From an uncultured Nitrososphaeraceae archaeon (GTDB lineage: Archaea; Thermoproteota; Nitrososphaeria; Nitrososphaerales; Nitrososphaeraceae), in assembly GCA_963729045.1 (NCBI GenBank), contig CAVSMN010000022.1:1-23690 (forward strand): 23,690 bases of DNA. The letters are read 5' to 3'. This document shows, one piece after another, positions 10,065 through 19,035 of the stretch; the stretch's first letter is position 1, and each line of letters opens with the position of its first letter. Under the pieces are notes generated by a model. That model saw nothing but the letters and a program-made list of their open reading frames with translations. It was not told the DNA's origin and did no database searches. The position numbers and the translations under genes were made by a program.

Positions 10065-10648
10065 ATGACTACCATAATAGGAATTAAAACAACTGAGGGA
10101 GTAGGTACTTGCATCTGATAAACGAGCCAGTAAGGGTTTCTTTATAGGATCCAGAGATCGTACAAAAGATTTCTAAAATAGATGATACTCTTGCAATTGC
10201 TATTGCAGGACAGTTATCTGATGCAGAACATTTAATCAAAATTACTGCAGCGGAGAGAAAATTGATAGAACTACGGAGGGGATTTCCATTGAGTGTAAAA
10301 GAATCTTCAAGACTAATCGCAAATCTCGCCTACTCGGGGCTAAAGAATTATCAACCATATTACGTCGAGTTACTAGTAGCAGGCGTAGATACCAGCGGAT
10401 CACATGTAAATGTTGCAGATATGAGTGGTGCGATTACAAATGAAGATTATGCTGCATCAGGTTCGGGAGCCCCCATAGCTTATGGAGTTCTTGAAAGCCT
10501 TTACCATTTTGATATTACAAACGACGAAGCAAAGGAAATTGCTAAAAAGGCTGTTGCAGCGGCTATGGAACGAGACCCCGGCTCTGGCAACGGGATAGAT
10601 GTTTTAGTCATACCAAAATTGGTAGCAGCCGAACGGGTTGTATTATAA
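10065..10648 (+). CDS. psmB: 20S proteasome beta subunit without a propeptide; two apparent +1 frameshifts (~10104, ~10153-10156); about 193 aa rebuilt
   Basis: Rebuilt N-terminus MTTIIGIKTTEGVVLASDKRASKGFFIGSxIVQKISKIDDTLAIAIAG places Thr1, Asp17, Lys33 and Gly47 at canonical spacing. It then joins the 10262 ORF with ELLVAGVD, ASGSG and ERDPGSG. Confidence 0.88.
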
Positions 10649-10669
10649 GGAGTAGGAAGATAACAGAAA

Positions 10670-11362
10670 ATGTCTGAAGATAATAATTCTGCAGGTTCTC
10701 CTTATAGTTTTGGGAATAACAGTAGATATCCATACTACTATGGACAAGGTGGTCGCCTGGTACTAGTAGATAATGCTCTAGAGGCGGTAAATAAGGGTTC
10801 AACAACTATTGGGTTAAAAACTCCAGAATTCGCCCTCATTTCAAGTCATATCAAACCCACTTTGCCCTTAGTGGATCCTAATGAAAAAATATTTGTAATT
10901 GATAAGCACATAGGAGCGACTGGAGCAGGCTATATTGCAGATATAGAACATTTAATAGAAGAAATAAGGTTACAAGGACAGAAACATCGCATTTCATATG
11001 ATAGCTCTATCGACATAAGATCTATCACAAAACATCTAAGTACTTATTTACACAATTACACAATTTATGCTGTAAGACCACAAGCGGCTTCAATAATCAT
11101 TGCTGGCGTAGATGAAAATGGGATACATTTGTACCGAGTTGACCCCAGTGGAACTTATTTGAAAGGAGGTGGGTTTGCAATAGGTCACTCTTCCGATGTG
11201 GCACTAGATGTGATTCAAAAAGGCTATGACACAAATATGAATATTGAACAGGCATTGAAATTGTCAAATGAAGCTATAGAAAAAGCAATCGGAGAAAAAC
11301 CGGTAGTTGAGTCGGGGATAGTTACGTCAAAAGGATTTACAAAATTAAGAAAGGAACTCTAA
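10670..11362 (+). CDS. psmA: 20S proteasome alpha subunit, divergent N-terminal gate
   Basis: GRL...ALEAVNKGSTTIGLK, EKIFVIDKHIG, GYIAD, VRP, IIAGVD, LYRVDPSG and AIG motifs. It starts 21 nt after the beta stop, with GGAG at 10649-10652. Confidence 0.9.
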   Translation: MSEDNNSAGSPYSFGNNSRYPYYYGQGGRLVLVDNALEAVNKGSTTIGLKTPEFALISSHIKPTLPLVDPNEKIFVIDKHIGATGAGYIADIEHLIEEIRLQGQKHRISYDSSIDIRSITKHLSTYLHNYTIYAVRPQAASIIIAGVDENGIHLYRVDPSGTYLKGGGFAIGHSSDVALDVIQKGYDTNMNIEQALKLSNEAIEKAIGEKPVVESGIVTSKGFTKLRKEL

Positions 11363-11429
11363 CATAATGTGATGTTGATACCTTGATATCAATCAATTCA
11401 TTATACGTGGTAATGATTCCTAAACACAA

Positions 11430-11436
11430 TTTTTTT
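11430..11436 (+). terminator. Oligo-T terminator candidate for the proteasome operon
   Basis: T7 run downstream of the alpha stop. Confidence 0.3.
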
Positions 11437-11570
11437 GTTATTTTATTCAAAACCTGCAGGTCCAAAACGCACAAAAAAATAGATTGATTATTTGAAATCT
11501 TGTACCTTATAATATCTTAATTCCCAGTTTAGGTGCAAGTCCTAACAAAATGAGTTTGATATTTCGTCAA

Positions 11571-12426
11571 TTATTTCCTATTATGCGAAAATTTAATGTC
11601 ATTAGTGTAAACAGGAGTGTATTCCTTTTCTGGTATAACTTCTTCAAGTAAGTTCTCTTGCAGAATTTTTATTATTTCCTCAATTATCCTGTTTGAGTAA
11701 TACATAGCTTCCACTTTCTCACTATCAGATAACGGCATCGGATTCTACAATAATATATTCTGACAAAATATTAACATTAATCTGAAATATTTTATTGTTG
11801 CTGTTTTTGTCTACTACTATCCATTGAAGTCTAAAACCTGTTTCTTTTTTTATCATGCCGAACCATCTTAATTTGCCAAACCATTTCCCGGTTAAATGAT
11901 CCACTATGGGTTCGATGTTACCCTTTACAGGCATATATATCTGGATTAATTGCTTATATTTTCTAAGTTTTTTTGATTTATCTATTTCTAGCTCTTCATT
12001 TAAAAGATTATCTTCTAATATTTGATTGAAGTTATACACACTACCTTCAACCAACTTGTACCCTGATGATGTTTTCTCAATTAGGTTCAAGTCCAAAAGT
12101 CTCTTTAAAGCCCTTGATAGACTTTGTTGGTGAATATCAAGTTTTCTCTCGAGAGCCTTAAATGAATATGTTGACCACATTTCTTTTCGTAGCAAAGATA
12201 GAATTTTCTTGTCGTTATTACGAACATCATTGATAGCTATTGTAAGCTCCTCATCATCAATATGAGGGTCCGTTTTCTGTTTTGAATTTAATGAAAAGTA
12301 ATTATAACCTATTTTTAAATTAGTTGTCTGATTTGGAATTATGTGATCAGCGTGAAGAAGTTCCGCATAGTTTTGAAAATTATCACGATTACTAGATTCA
12401 GGCAGTGGTAACAATAACTTTGTCAT
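11571..12426 (-). CDS. Winged helix-turn-helix domain protein; apparent +1 frameshift near 11730 hides a ~52-aa C-terminus
   Basis: wHTH-like YSFKALERKLDIHQQSLSRALKRLLDLNLIEKT. After ESDAV a shifted frame continues SDSEKVEAMYYSNRIIEEIIKILQENLLEE...HNRK to a stop at 11571. Confidence 0.7.
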
Positions 12427-13043
12427 TTGCAATTTTAGTTCAACCTCTTGCCTAGAGACGGAGATAATTTTACAAGAGTTGATGTCGAAATTTTCCCAGA
12501 AATAAATTTTATTTTATTAATAGATAATTCTTTCCTCAATTCCATGAGTTATATATCGATTAATCCGCTTAAATACTTATTTCAAAGACCATTTTATCTA
12601 GGAGTCATGATCAAGTTTTATGGCTCATTTTCATAGTACTGAAAATATAGACAAAAATGATTAAGGTACAAAAAGTAGTACAAATTAAACAATAGAGCGT
12701 TGTTTGGTTTCCACTGAAATTTTATTGATCCCTTTGTATTTACTAACGAGATTCGCAGAACCCATCTAAACAAATAAATGAATGGAATTAACCTGGTATT
12801 TCAATTTAATCACTGACCTAAAATTATTCATGAGTTTCATCAAGTCATAATGTTTTTCAATATATTCACATACGGTAAACCTTGTTACTGAGCTAAAACA
12901 TTTCGTAACTTTATATCTCTATTTGTTGATCTATCTGGTAGAAAATTTCTGTGCTTACAACGATTATTATTAAAAAAATCTAAATTTGGTAACGAGAAAT
13001 ACTAGTATATAGTAACTAGGTGAGCAAACAAATTGGTAAGGAA

Positions 13044-13069
13044 TTTATATTAGTATGTACTAATATAAA
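13044..13069. promoter_or_regulatory. Perfect 12-bp inverted repeat TTTATATTAGTA-TG-TACTAATATAAA overlapping the TATA box of 13072-13584
   Basis: Arms at 13044-13055 and 13058-13069 are exact reverse complements. TTTATA lies about 25 nt before the ATG. Confidence 0.65.
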
Positions 13070-13071
13070 AA

Positions 13072-13584
13072 ATGGATTTTCATCAGAATTTTACCACAAC
13101 AAAACTTAGAAGGAGAATTATCTTTTCGTTTAGTTTATCTATTTTTTTAATAGCTGGAATGGTTATTTTGACTAGTACTGCTTCTGTTGCAGATGGACAG
13201 GTAGGGGATACTAAAGCCGGCGTATTCAATCACACTCAGACTGATTCTTCAGGAAACACAACCTGGATAAATTCTGGTAACTGGTCAATGACTGGAATAA
13301 ATTCATCATCTCCCAGCTTGACTGCCATTATAGAAATGGCCAAACCAAATGGGAGTGCGGGACACGAACATGAGATAAATGATTTCAAATTAATAGGGTC
13401 ACCAGTTATTGAAAACCAAACGATCCACCTTAATGGTAATTCAACTATAACCATGAGGGATGGTCCAGTTACAAATGAACCCACAGTAATTGCTTTATCA
13501 CAGGAAAAAATTGACATTTACTTTGATCCTGAGGATATAAAAAATCATTTTGAGAATCAGTCAATCTCAGGAATAGCGAATTGA
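13072..13584 (+). CDS. Secreted or membrane-anchored beta-rich hypothetical protein with HEH and HF motifs
   Basis: Basic plus hydrophobic N-terminus. WINSGNW, MAKPNGSAGHEHEINDF and KNHFENQSISG resemble a recurrent Nitrososphaeraceae exported family (from recall). Confidence 0.75.
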   Translation: MDFHQNFTTTKLRRRIIFSFSLSIFLIAGMVILTSTASVADGQVGDTKAGVFNHTQTDSSGNTTWINSGNWSMTGINSSSPSLTAIIEMAKPNGSAGHEHEINDFKLIGSPVIENQTIHLNGNSTITMRDGPVTNEPTVIALSQEKIDIYFDPEDIKNHFENQSISGIAN

Positions 13585-14047
13585 GTACATCAAACTTTCA
13601 ATAAGTAATAAATATATCTTCTTTTATTTGATAATTCCATATCTTAATAACTTCTATAACTGGTAATTATTCTAGCGACTAAAATTCATTCCTTGAATCC
13701 TTCTATATCTCAGATCTTTTTTTACTTTTGAAGTTGTGCATATAACTCTAACAAGTTAGTGTTAAATGGTAGACATCATATAGACTCTTATTAACGCAGT
13801 CGACAATTACGTTACCTGTTCTTAATATGCATACCACTGAAGTTAGGATTCTACTCTGATTTATAAAATGAATCAATTATTTTATGGAGATAGTTACATT
13901 TGTACAAGTTAAATATTGATAAGTTCACATCTTACTAATCCCCAAATTAAGAGTGTTCTATTTTATATCACTTGCAATTTTTTGTCTTTAGATCAATTAT
14001 AAAAATATGAAAACAGGATCCTACTTTGCTTGGAAACTCGGTAAATA

Positions 14048-14491
14048 TCAATAAAAGAACTCCCTTAAATTCTTATTGTATTCCAAATATACCTTTAAGC
14101 AACAAACCATTTGAGTCCAACCTTGGCAGTTACTATATGATTCATCTAATGATGGCTGGTCTTCATTTATCCAACCTGCCTCTGAAATTGTTACTAGCGT
14201 CGTGTCATCTCCAAGTCGTTCAAAGTCCATCTCTACTGTCAAGCGATTAGATTCTACTGCACTAGCCCATTCAAAAACGATTTTCTGGTTCTTAATTGTC
14301 TGTTTTACATATACTGAAAAAGCACCAGGATAATCATGAAAATCCCACATGACCTCCATTCCTTCATCGAGTGGGCCACTTGCTCCACCTGTAGTAAAAT
14401 ATTTGCTTAATTTCTTTGGATCGTAGACTGCGTCATATACTTCCTCGACAGGCTTTTTTATTTTGGCTTGCACTCTAAATTTCAAATTCAT
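14048..14491 (-). CDS. SRPBCC (Aha1/CalC-like, START fold) domain protein
   Basis: IKKPVEEVYDAVYDPKKLSKYF, KIVFEW, TLVTISEAGW and GWTQMVCCLKVYLE. Confidence 0.88.
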   Translation of the reverse strand: MNLKFRVQAKIKKPVEEVYDAVYDPKKLSKYFTTGGASGPLDEGMEVMWDFHDYPGAFSVYVKQTIKNQKIVFEWASAVESNRLTVEMDFERLGDDTTLVTISEAGWINEDQPSLDESYSNCQGWTQMVCCLKVYLEYNKNLREFFY

Positions 14492-14525
14492 ACATATACG
14501 CCGTTATAAGGTTTATTAGTAGTAT

Positions 14526-14545
14526 ATGTTATATAAATGTAACAT
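14526..14545. promoter_or_regulatory. Palindromic operator candidate ATGTTA-N8-TAACAT between the divergent SRPBCC and ArsR genes
   Basis: ATGTTA 14526-14531 and TAACAT 14540-14545. It overlaps a minus-strand TTTATATA (14530-14537) and the ArsR start. Confidence 0.6.
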
Positions 14546-14864
14546 GTATTCAGAGAGCCAGTATGACCACGTTCTTAAGGCACTGGGTCATTCTGGCAGA
14601 CGTGAAATCCTTGATTTGATTAAGGATAAACCACATACAACCTCAGAATTGTGTCTTATCTTAAAAAAAATGGATAGATGTACGGTAATGCAACATTTGA
14701 ACGTCTTAGAAAAGGCTGGTTTGATTATAGTTAAACATAGTGGAAAATATCGCTGGAATTACATTAATCTTCTTCCTATTCGAGAATTACATGATCGCTG
14801 GATAACCAAATTTTCTGTGGATGCCATAGACTTGCTTGCAAAGTTGAAACATGATGTAGAATGA
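14544..14864 (+). CDS. ArsR/SmtB family transcriptional regulator
   Basis: LKALGHSGRREILDLI, TVMQHLNVLEKAGLI and RWNYIN..PIRELHDRWI. An alternative start lies at 14526. Confidence 0.9.
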   Translation: MYSESQYDHVLKALGHSGRREILDLIKDKPHTTSELCLILKKMDRCTVMQHLNVLEKAGLIIVKHSGKYRWNYINLLPIRELHDRWITKFSVDAIDLLAKLKHDVE

Positions 14865-15301
14865 GATCACTGAATACGGGAATCTGAATTTTAGTTCAAT
14901 AGATGTATTGAATTATCCAAGTGTTATTTGGATATTGCAATTGCTTTTGGGTAGCATTTAGGTTTATTGATGTCGCGGATCAGATAGAAATCTAGTTTCT
15001 GAAGAGGAACAGCATGATTATCCATTTGTTACTAATGGGATTAAAAATTAAGTATGATTAATAAAATTTCACTTTGAGTACTAAGAACAGCCATTGATTA
15101 AAAAATTAATATGGTGTTTCAAAAGAATTAAATCTGTTTCTTAACCGCTGATTTAGTATGAAGTTTACATCAATTGATACATTCGTGCTACTTCAGATGG
15201 CAACGTATAATCTAACTGATTGTAAGGTACAATCCCAAGTTTCCTAATTGCTAAGAATATCGTTCCATAAACTTTATCTATTTTATTCATAAAGTAGTCA
15301 T

Positions 15302-15568
15302 ATGGGGTATCAAAAATACTTTTTATTCTTATCATTTCTTATTGTCATGTCATTAATATCGCCATTCAATGTACCTATAGAAGAATCATTAACTCAAAAT
15401 TTTACCTCGGATATCGATGCTTCCTTTCTCAGTGAAGAAGATAATAAGTTATATCTTTTAAAAGGCGACCAGTACGTTCGCCTTACATTTTACGTGGGCC
15501 AGGGTGCAACGATGGATAGTGGTTATCCACAACCAATCAGTAATTGGGTTGATCCGCAAGATTCTTAG
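15302..15568 (+). CDS. Small secreted protein with a single hemopexin-like repeat
   Basis: Signal-like N-terminus, then DIDASF...KLYLLKGDQYVR...DSGYPQPISNW, matching the hemopexin blade consensus IDAAF..GK.YFFKG.QYWR..DPGYPK.I. Confidence 0.7.
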   Translation: MGYQKYFLFLSFLIVMSLISPFNVPIEESLTQNFTSDIDASFLSEEDNKLYLLKGDQYVRLTFYVGQGATMDSGYPQPISNWVDPQDS

Positions 15569-16163
15569 GCTCATAGGTAGGATTACGTATATATCCCTAC
15601 AAAAACTTTTATTTTTTCCCTCTTCTCATATTACTTTAGATATTTTTGGTATCAGTGAATCCAATTATTTATACAAAAGGTTCATTAATAGAATTAAGTC
15701 TATTTTTTTCATTTGTGAACGTTCCTTTTTTTGTTGTGATAGGGTGTTATCCTGATTAAGTGCGTGGTGATTTCCAGGAAAGTATTTTGAATGAAAAAAA
15801 TAAAAATCACCAAATAGACCATCTAGTTATTTACCAATATTGAATATTATCTACCATTTCTGATATCGTATAAGTACATATATGCTTGGTTAGTTGTTGG
15901 TTGGTGCGTCCTATATACACACCTTAAAAAGTTAAGCTATCAAATGCTAATTATCATGATACGATATGCAAAATACTACTGTGAACAGCAATTTGAAATC
16001 CTACTTACATGTCTACTTGAGATATCTACTAAACACCAAATTCTATACATCTCGTTATAACCATTGATAGATACCCACATGGCTGATTATAGGTCAAACA
16101 AATCGACTGCGAATGATTTAATGACCTATTCTAAGTCAAATAAAAATAAAAATTTTCCTCTGA

Positions 16164-17303
16164 TTATTGCGTATTTGAAAGAATCTGCAGGTCAAAAGCT
16201 TTTATCAAATTAGGATGAATCTGTGTGTGAACAATCATCATTATATCCGTTGGTGAGACTTTGGAATCTATCGAATTTACAAGCTGCATGATACCACTTT
16301 CCAGATTAGTACCATAGGTGGAGGTCCCATTTTGGGATATAATGGGTTTAAGTTCTTTATTAAAGATATCCAATAGTTTTTCAGCCATCCCTTTTGCACT
16401 TTGATAATTTGCCATATTTACTATGGGTTTATTTGTATTCATTTTGGTATCCGAATCCTTCATTGTTGGTGACATATCAATCATCTTGTTCATATCCATG
16501 TTGTTATTGTTACTAGAATTATAACTATTACTATTTTCAACCATAGACCCGTTGTTCATATTTCCCATATTTCCCATATCGGTCATATCAAAGTCAACAC
16601 TATAAGCATCACCATAATTCCTTAATACCTCGTCTACCCCATCAGCAAATCTCATAGGATGGATTGAGCCACTGTTGTTATCCTTTTTCGGACTAAATAT
16701 ATTTGATATGAACGTGGTAACTTGATTTAGAAAGTTAGAATCTTCCGCTTGCTTTTTAGTTTCCGTTAGGGTTATGACTTTGTCTACATTCGTATTGATA
16801 CTTGCAACTAATTGATTTGATTGTTCTAGTTTTTGTTTTTCGCCTTGAACTGATGTAGGGGTATTTGAAAATGAAGATGTCAGGTTGCGCAAATCTTCTA
16901 CAGCTAATTTGAGATCATCTCCAATTTTTTTATCCTGTTTAACTATTTCTACCAACAAGTCCCAGTAAAAAATACTAACAGCTTCATCTGCATGTTTTTG
17001 AGCCAAAGTTATATTATTATTTAGAAGATTTGACTGAACAAGATTCGATTCTGTCTGAAATTGATCTAGAGATGCTACAAATGAAGCATAATTATTTGGA
17101 GGAAAATTGTGACCATACGCATTTTGGAAAAAAGTAGAATCAGAACTAATACTTGTATTATTATGTATGATTAAGCTAAATAAAATACCTAACACAAATA
17201 GAACATACAGGGTATTTTTCTGCTTCACAATAGTAAAATTAGGTTTAAATGTTATAATAATACTTCGCTTGATTACGATTAACAATCTATTGCTTAATCG
17301 CAC
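16164..17303 (-). CDS. Large secreted helical protein with a Met/Asn-rich insert; start uncertain (GTG 17303 or 17228)
   Basis: Hydrophobic leader, AYG-H cleavage-like site, LAQKHA, YGDAY, a Met-rich stretch, YQSA and MMIVHTQIHPNL. These motifs recall thaumarchaeal exported proteins. Confidence 0.8.
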   Translation of the reverse strand: MRLSNRLLIVIKRSIIITFKPNFTIVKQKNTLYVLFVLGILFSLIIHNNTSISSDSTFFQNAYGHNFPPNNYASFVASLDQFQTESNLVQSNLLNNNITLAQKHADEAVSIFYWDLLVEIVKQDKKIGDDLKLAVEDLRNLTSSFSNTPTSVQGEKQKLEQSNQLVASINTNVDKVITLTETKKQAEDSNFLNQVTTFISNIFSPKKDNNSGSIHPMRFADGVDEVLRNYGDAYSVDFDMTDMGNMGNMNNGSMVENSNSYNSSNNNNMDMNKMIDMSPTMKDSDTKMNTNKPIVNMANYQSAKGMAEKLLDIFNKELKPIISQNGTSTYGTNLESGIMQLVNSIDSKVSPTDIMMIVHTQIHPNLIKAFDLQILSNTQ

Positions 17304-17814
17304 ATCATCTATCGATATAATGAGTGCTTTAATTTACCTATATTAATCCAAAATACAAAAAAGATCAATTGTTTTTTATTCTAACAGTAACTCCAACAAG
17401 TTGTTCTCATTCATCGATTAATTTATGGCGATATCGTAACAATCATTATTAAGGAAAATATAATGTCGTTCTTCCTATAATTCGAGTATCAGGCATAGAA
17501 TAATATAAGAAACTTCATCCGTCTATTTCTTCGCGGCACAATATTAAATGTTTGACTGAAAACAGATCACCGGATATTGCATACGATAGATATAGTGGAG
17601 AGACGCGAGAGACTGGCATAAGTAATATTATAGAAACTTCTCCCATAGGATTAGTCCTCGCTATTACCAAAAACTTGTTCGAAACGCTGTCATCATCATT
17701 ACTTTCTTATCCACCTTCACATCACGCATATTACGGAATTTCTATTCTGTTATTGGATGTGTTATTGCCAGATCTCCTTGAATATTTCTTTGATCCAGAA
17801 TACAGAAAAATAAA

Positions 17815-18438
17815 TCAGTTGACTTCTAGGTTCCACATCGTATAATTGTAAGTATTTAGTTTATTGTCTATATCCCAATCTGCTATGCCGATAACTTTAT
17901 TGAGAAATGTAAGCGAACCGTTATCATTTAACTGTGTATCGTATAGTTGTGCAGTAGGATAAAACATGATATTCCCATTTGAATCTGTAAACCCACGACC
18001 GTATCCTTTCATTTTGACAGAATCGTGCTTTGAATTGGTGTTATTATTCTCAATGTAAACTAGTTTGCCGTTTCCTTCTCCTTGAATTACACCATCGGAT
18101 CTATGGTTGTTTATATAAATCCAGTATTCAGTAACCTTGGGTCCTCCGTCAGTAAATTGCCCAATACCTTCGTAAGAAACCTGAACCTTTGTCCCATTTA
18201 TTCCGCTCTCAATTATTGTTTGATCTGTGATATTGCCATGACTAAAATAGATCTGTTTTGCATTCACTGTATTTGTATTTGAATTATTTGATTCTTGCCA
18301 TAATAAATTATCTTTGTTATTAGGTTCTGAATCTAGACCATTTGAGTCCGGATTTGAAAAAGTACTGGAAAAAATTCCAATAGCCATAATCCCTGCAATT
18401 GCAATAAATAATTTGGTTGATACATGGTTTTTTTGCAT
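17815..18438 (-). CDS. Secreted or membrane-anchored beta-strand-rich hypothetical protein
   Basis: About 207-aa ORF with an N-terminal hydrophobic segment and G.G motifs (GVIQGEGNG, GYGRG, SLTFLNKVIGI). Confidence 0.75.
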   Translation of the reverse strand: MQKNHVSTKLFIAIAGIMAIGIFSSTFSNPDSNGLDSEPNNKDNLLWQESNNSNTNTVNAKQIYFSHGNITDQTIIESGINGTKVQVSYEGIGQFTDGGPKVTEYWIYINNHRSDGVIQGEGNGKLVYIENNNTNSKHDSVKMKGYGRGFTDSNGNIMFYPTAQLYDTQLNDNGSLTFLNKVIGIADWDIDNKLNTYNYTMWNLEVN

Positions 18439-18534
18439 CTGAAATGTTAACAATGCTTATATTAAAGCGATATGTCCATTTTCACATAAGGATACTACCA
18501 ATGATATCAAAATACACTTAATTTTCATGATATG

Positions 18535-18696
18535 TTAGGAGACAAGGAACATGGATATCCTCTTGTTAAAAGCATTTACAAATTCTTCAATTATTCGTAC
18601 CTGTTCTTTCGTTAACCTGCCCGATTGTATTGAATTGGAATCCATTTTTATCTTATTGTCCATTATTTTTGCCACCTCTTTAATTGTTTTATTCAT
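18535..18696 (-). CDS. Small hypothetical protein (53 aa), not in the ORF track
   Basis: MNKTIKEVAKIMDNKIKMDSNSIQSGRLTKEQVRIIEEFVNAFNKRISMFLVS, with amphipathic helical composition and GAGGG upstream. Confidence 0.45.
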   Translation of the reverse strand: MNKTIKEVAKIMDNKIKMDSNSIQSGRLTKEQVRIIEEFVNAFNKRISMFLVS

Positions 18697-19035
18697 AGAG
18701 TGTCTATGTCCCTCAGATATTTATGTATATTGGTATATATTGGCAATGACCAACAATAATATTATTTCAGGACTATTCGAGCAGCATAAAATATTTTAAC
18801 CTTTTCAAGCTATCCACGAGTAAAACAAGGATTCTTGCGAACTTATAATATTGAAAAAACAGGATTTTGAATATTTTAACCTCAGATTCGGTTTGTTTGG
18901 GATAATGAGATTATATCCAAAGGGTCAATCGATTTTCATCATCAGATCACAATAAGATCCTGTTAAAATTGGTCCTGCCCTTTAGTTCAAATCAATTCTG
19001 TACACTTCGCGAATTTCCAAGATGAAGAGTGAAAG

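Noticed and set aside
10095..10160. Programmed frameshifting in the proteasome beta gene
   Set aside because: Two shifts within about 50 nt with no slippery sites, and similar +1 indels occur across unrelated genes, so sequencing error is more parsimonious.
17552..17845. 97-aa plus-strand ORF
   Set aside because: TTG start, no motif, and it overlaps the end of a convergent gene.
18551..18799. 82-aa plus-strand ORF
   Set aside because: Looks like the antisense of the more protein-like 18535-18696 minus ORF.
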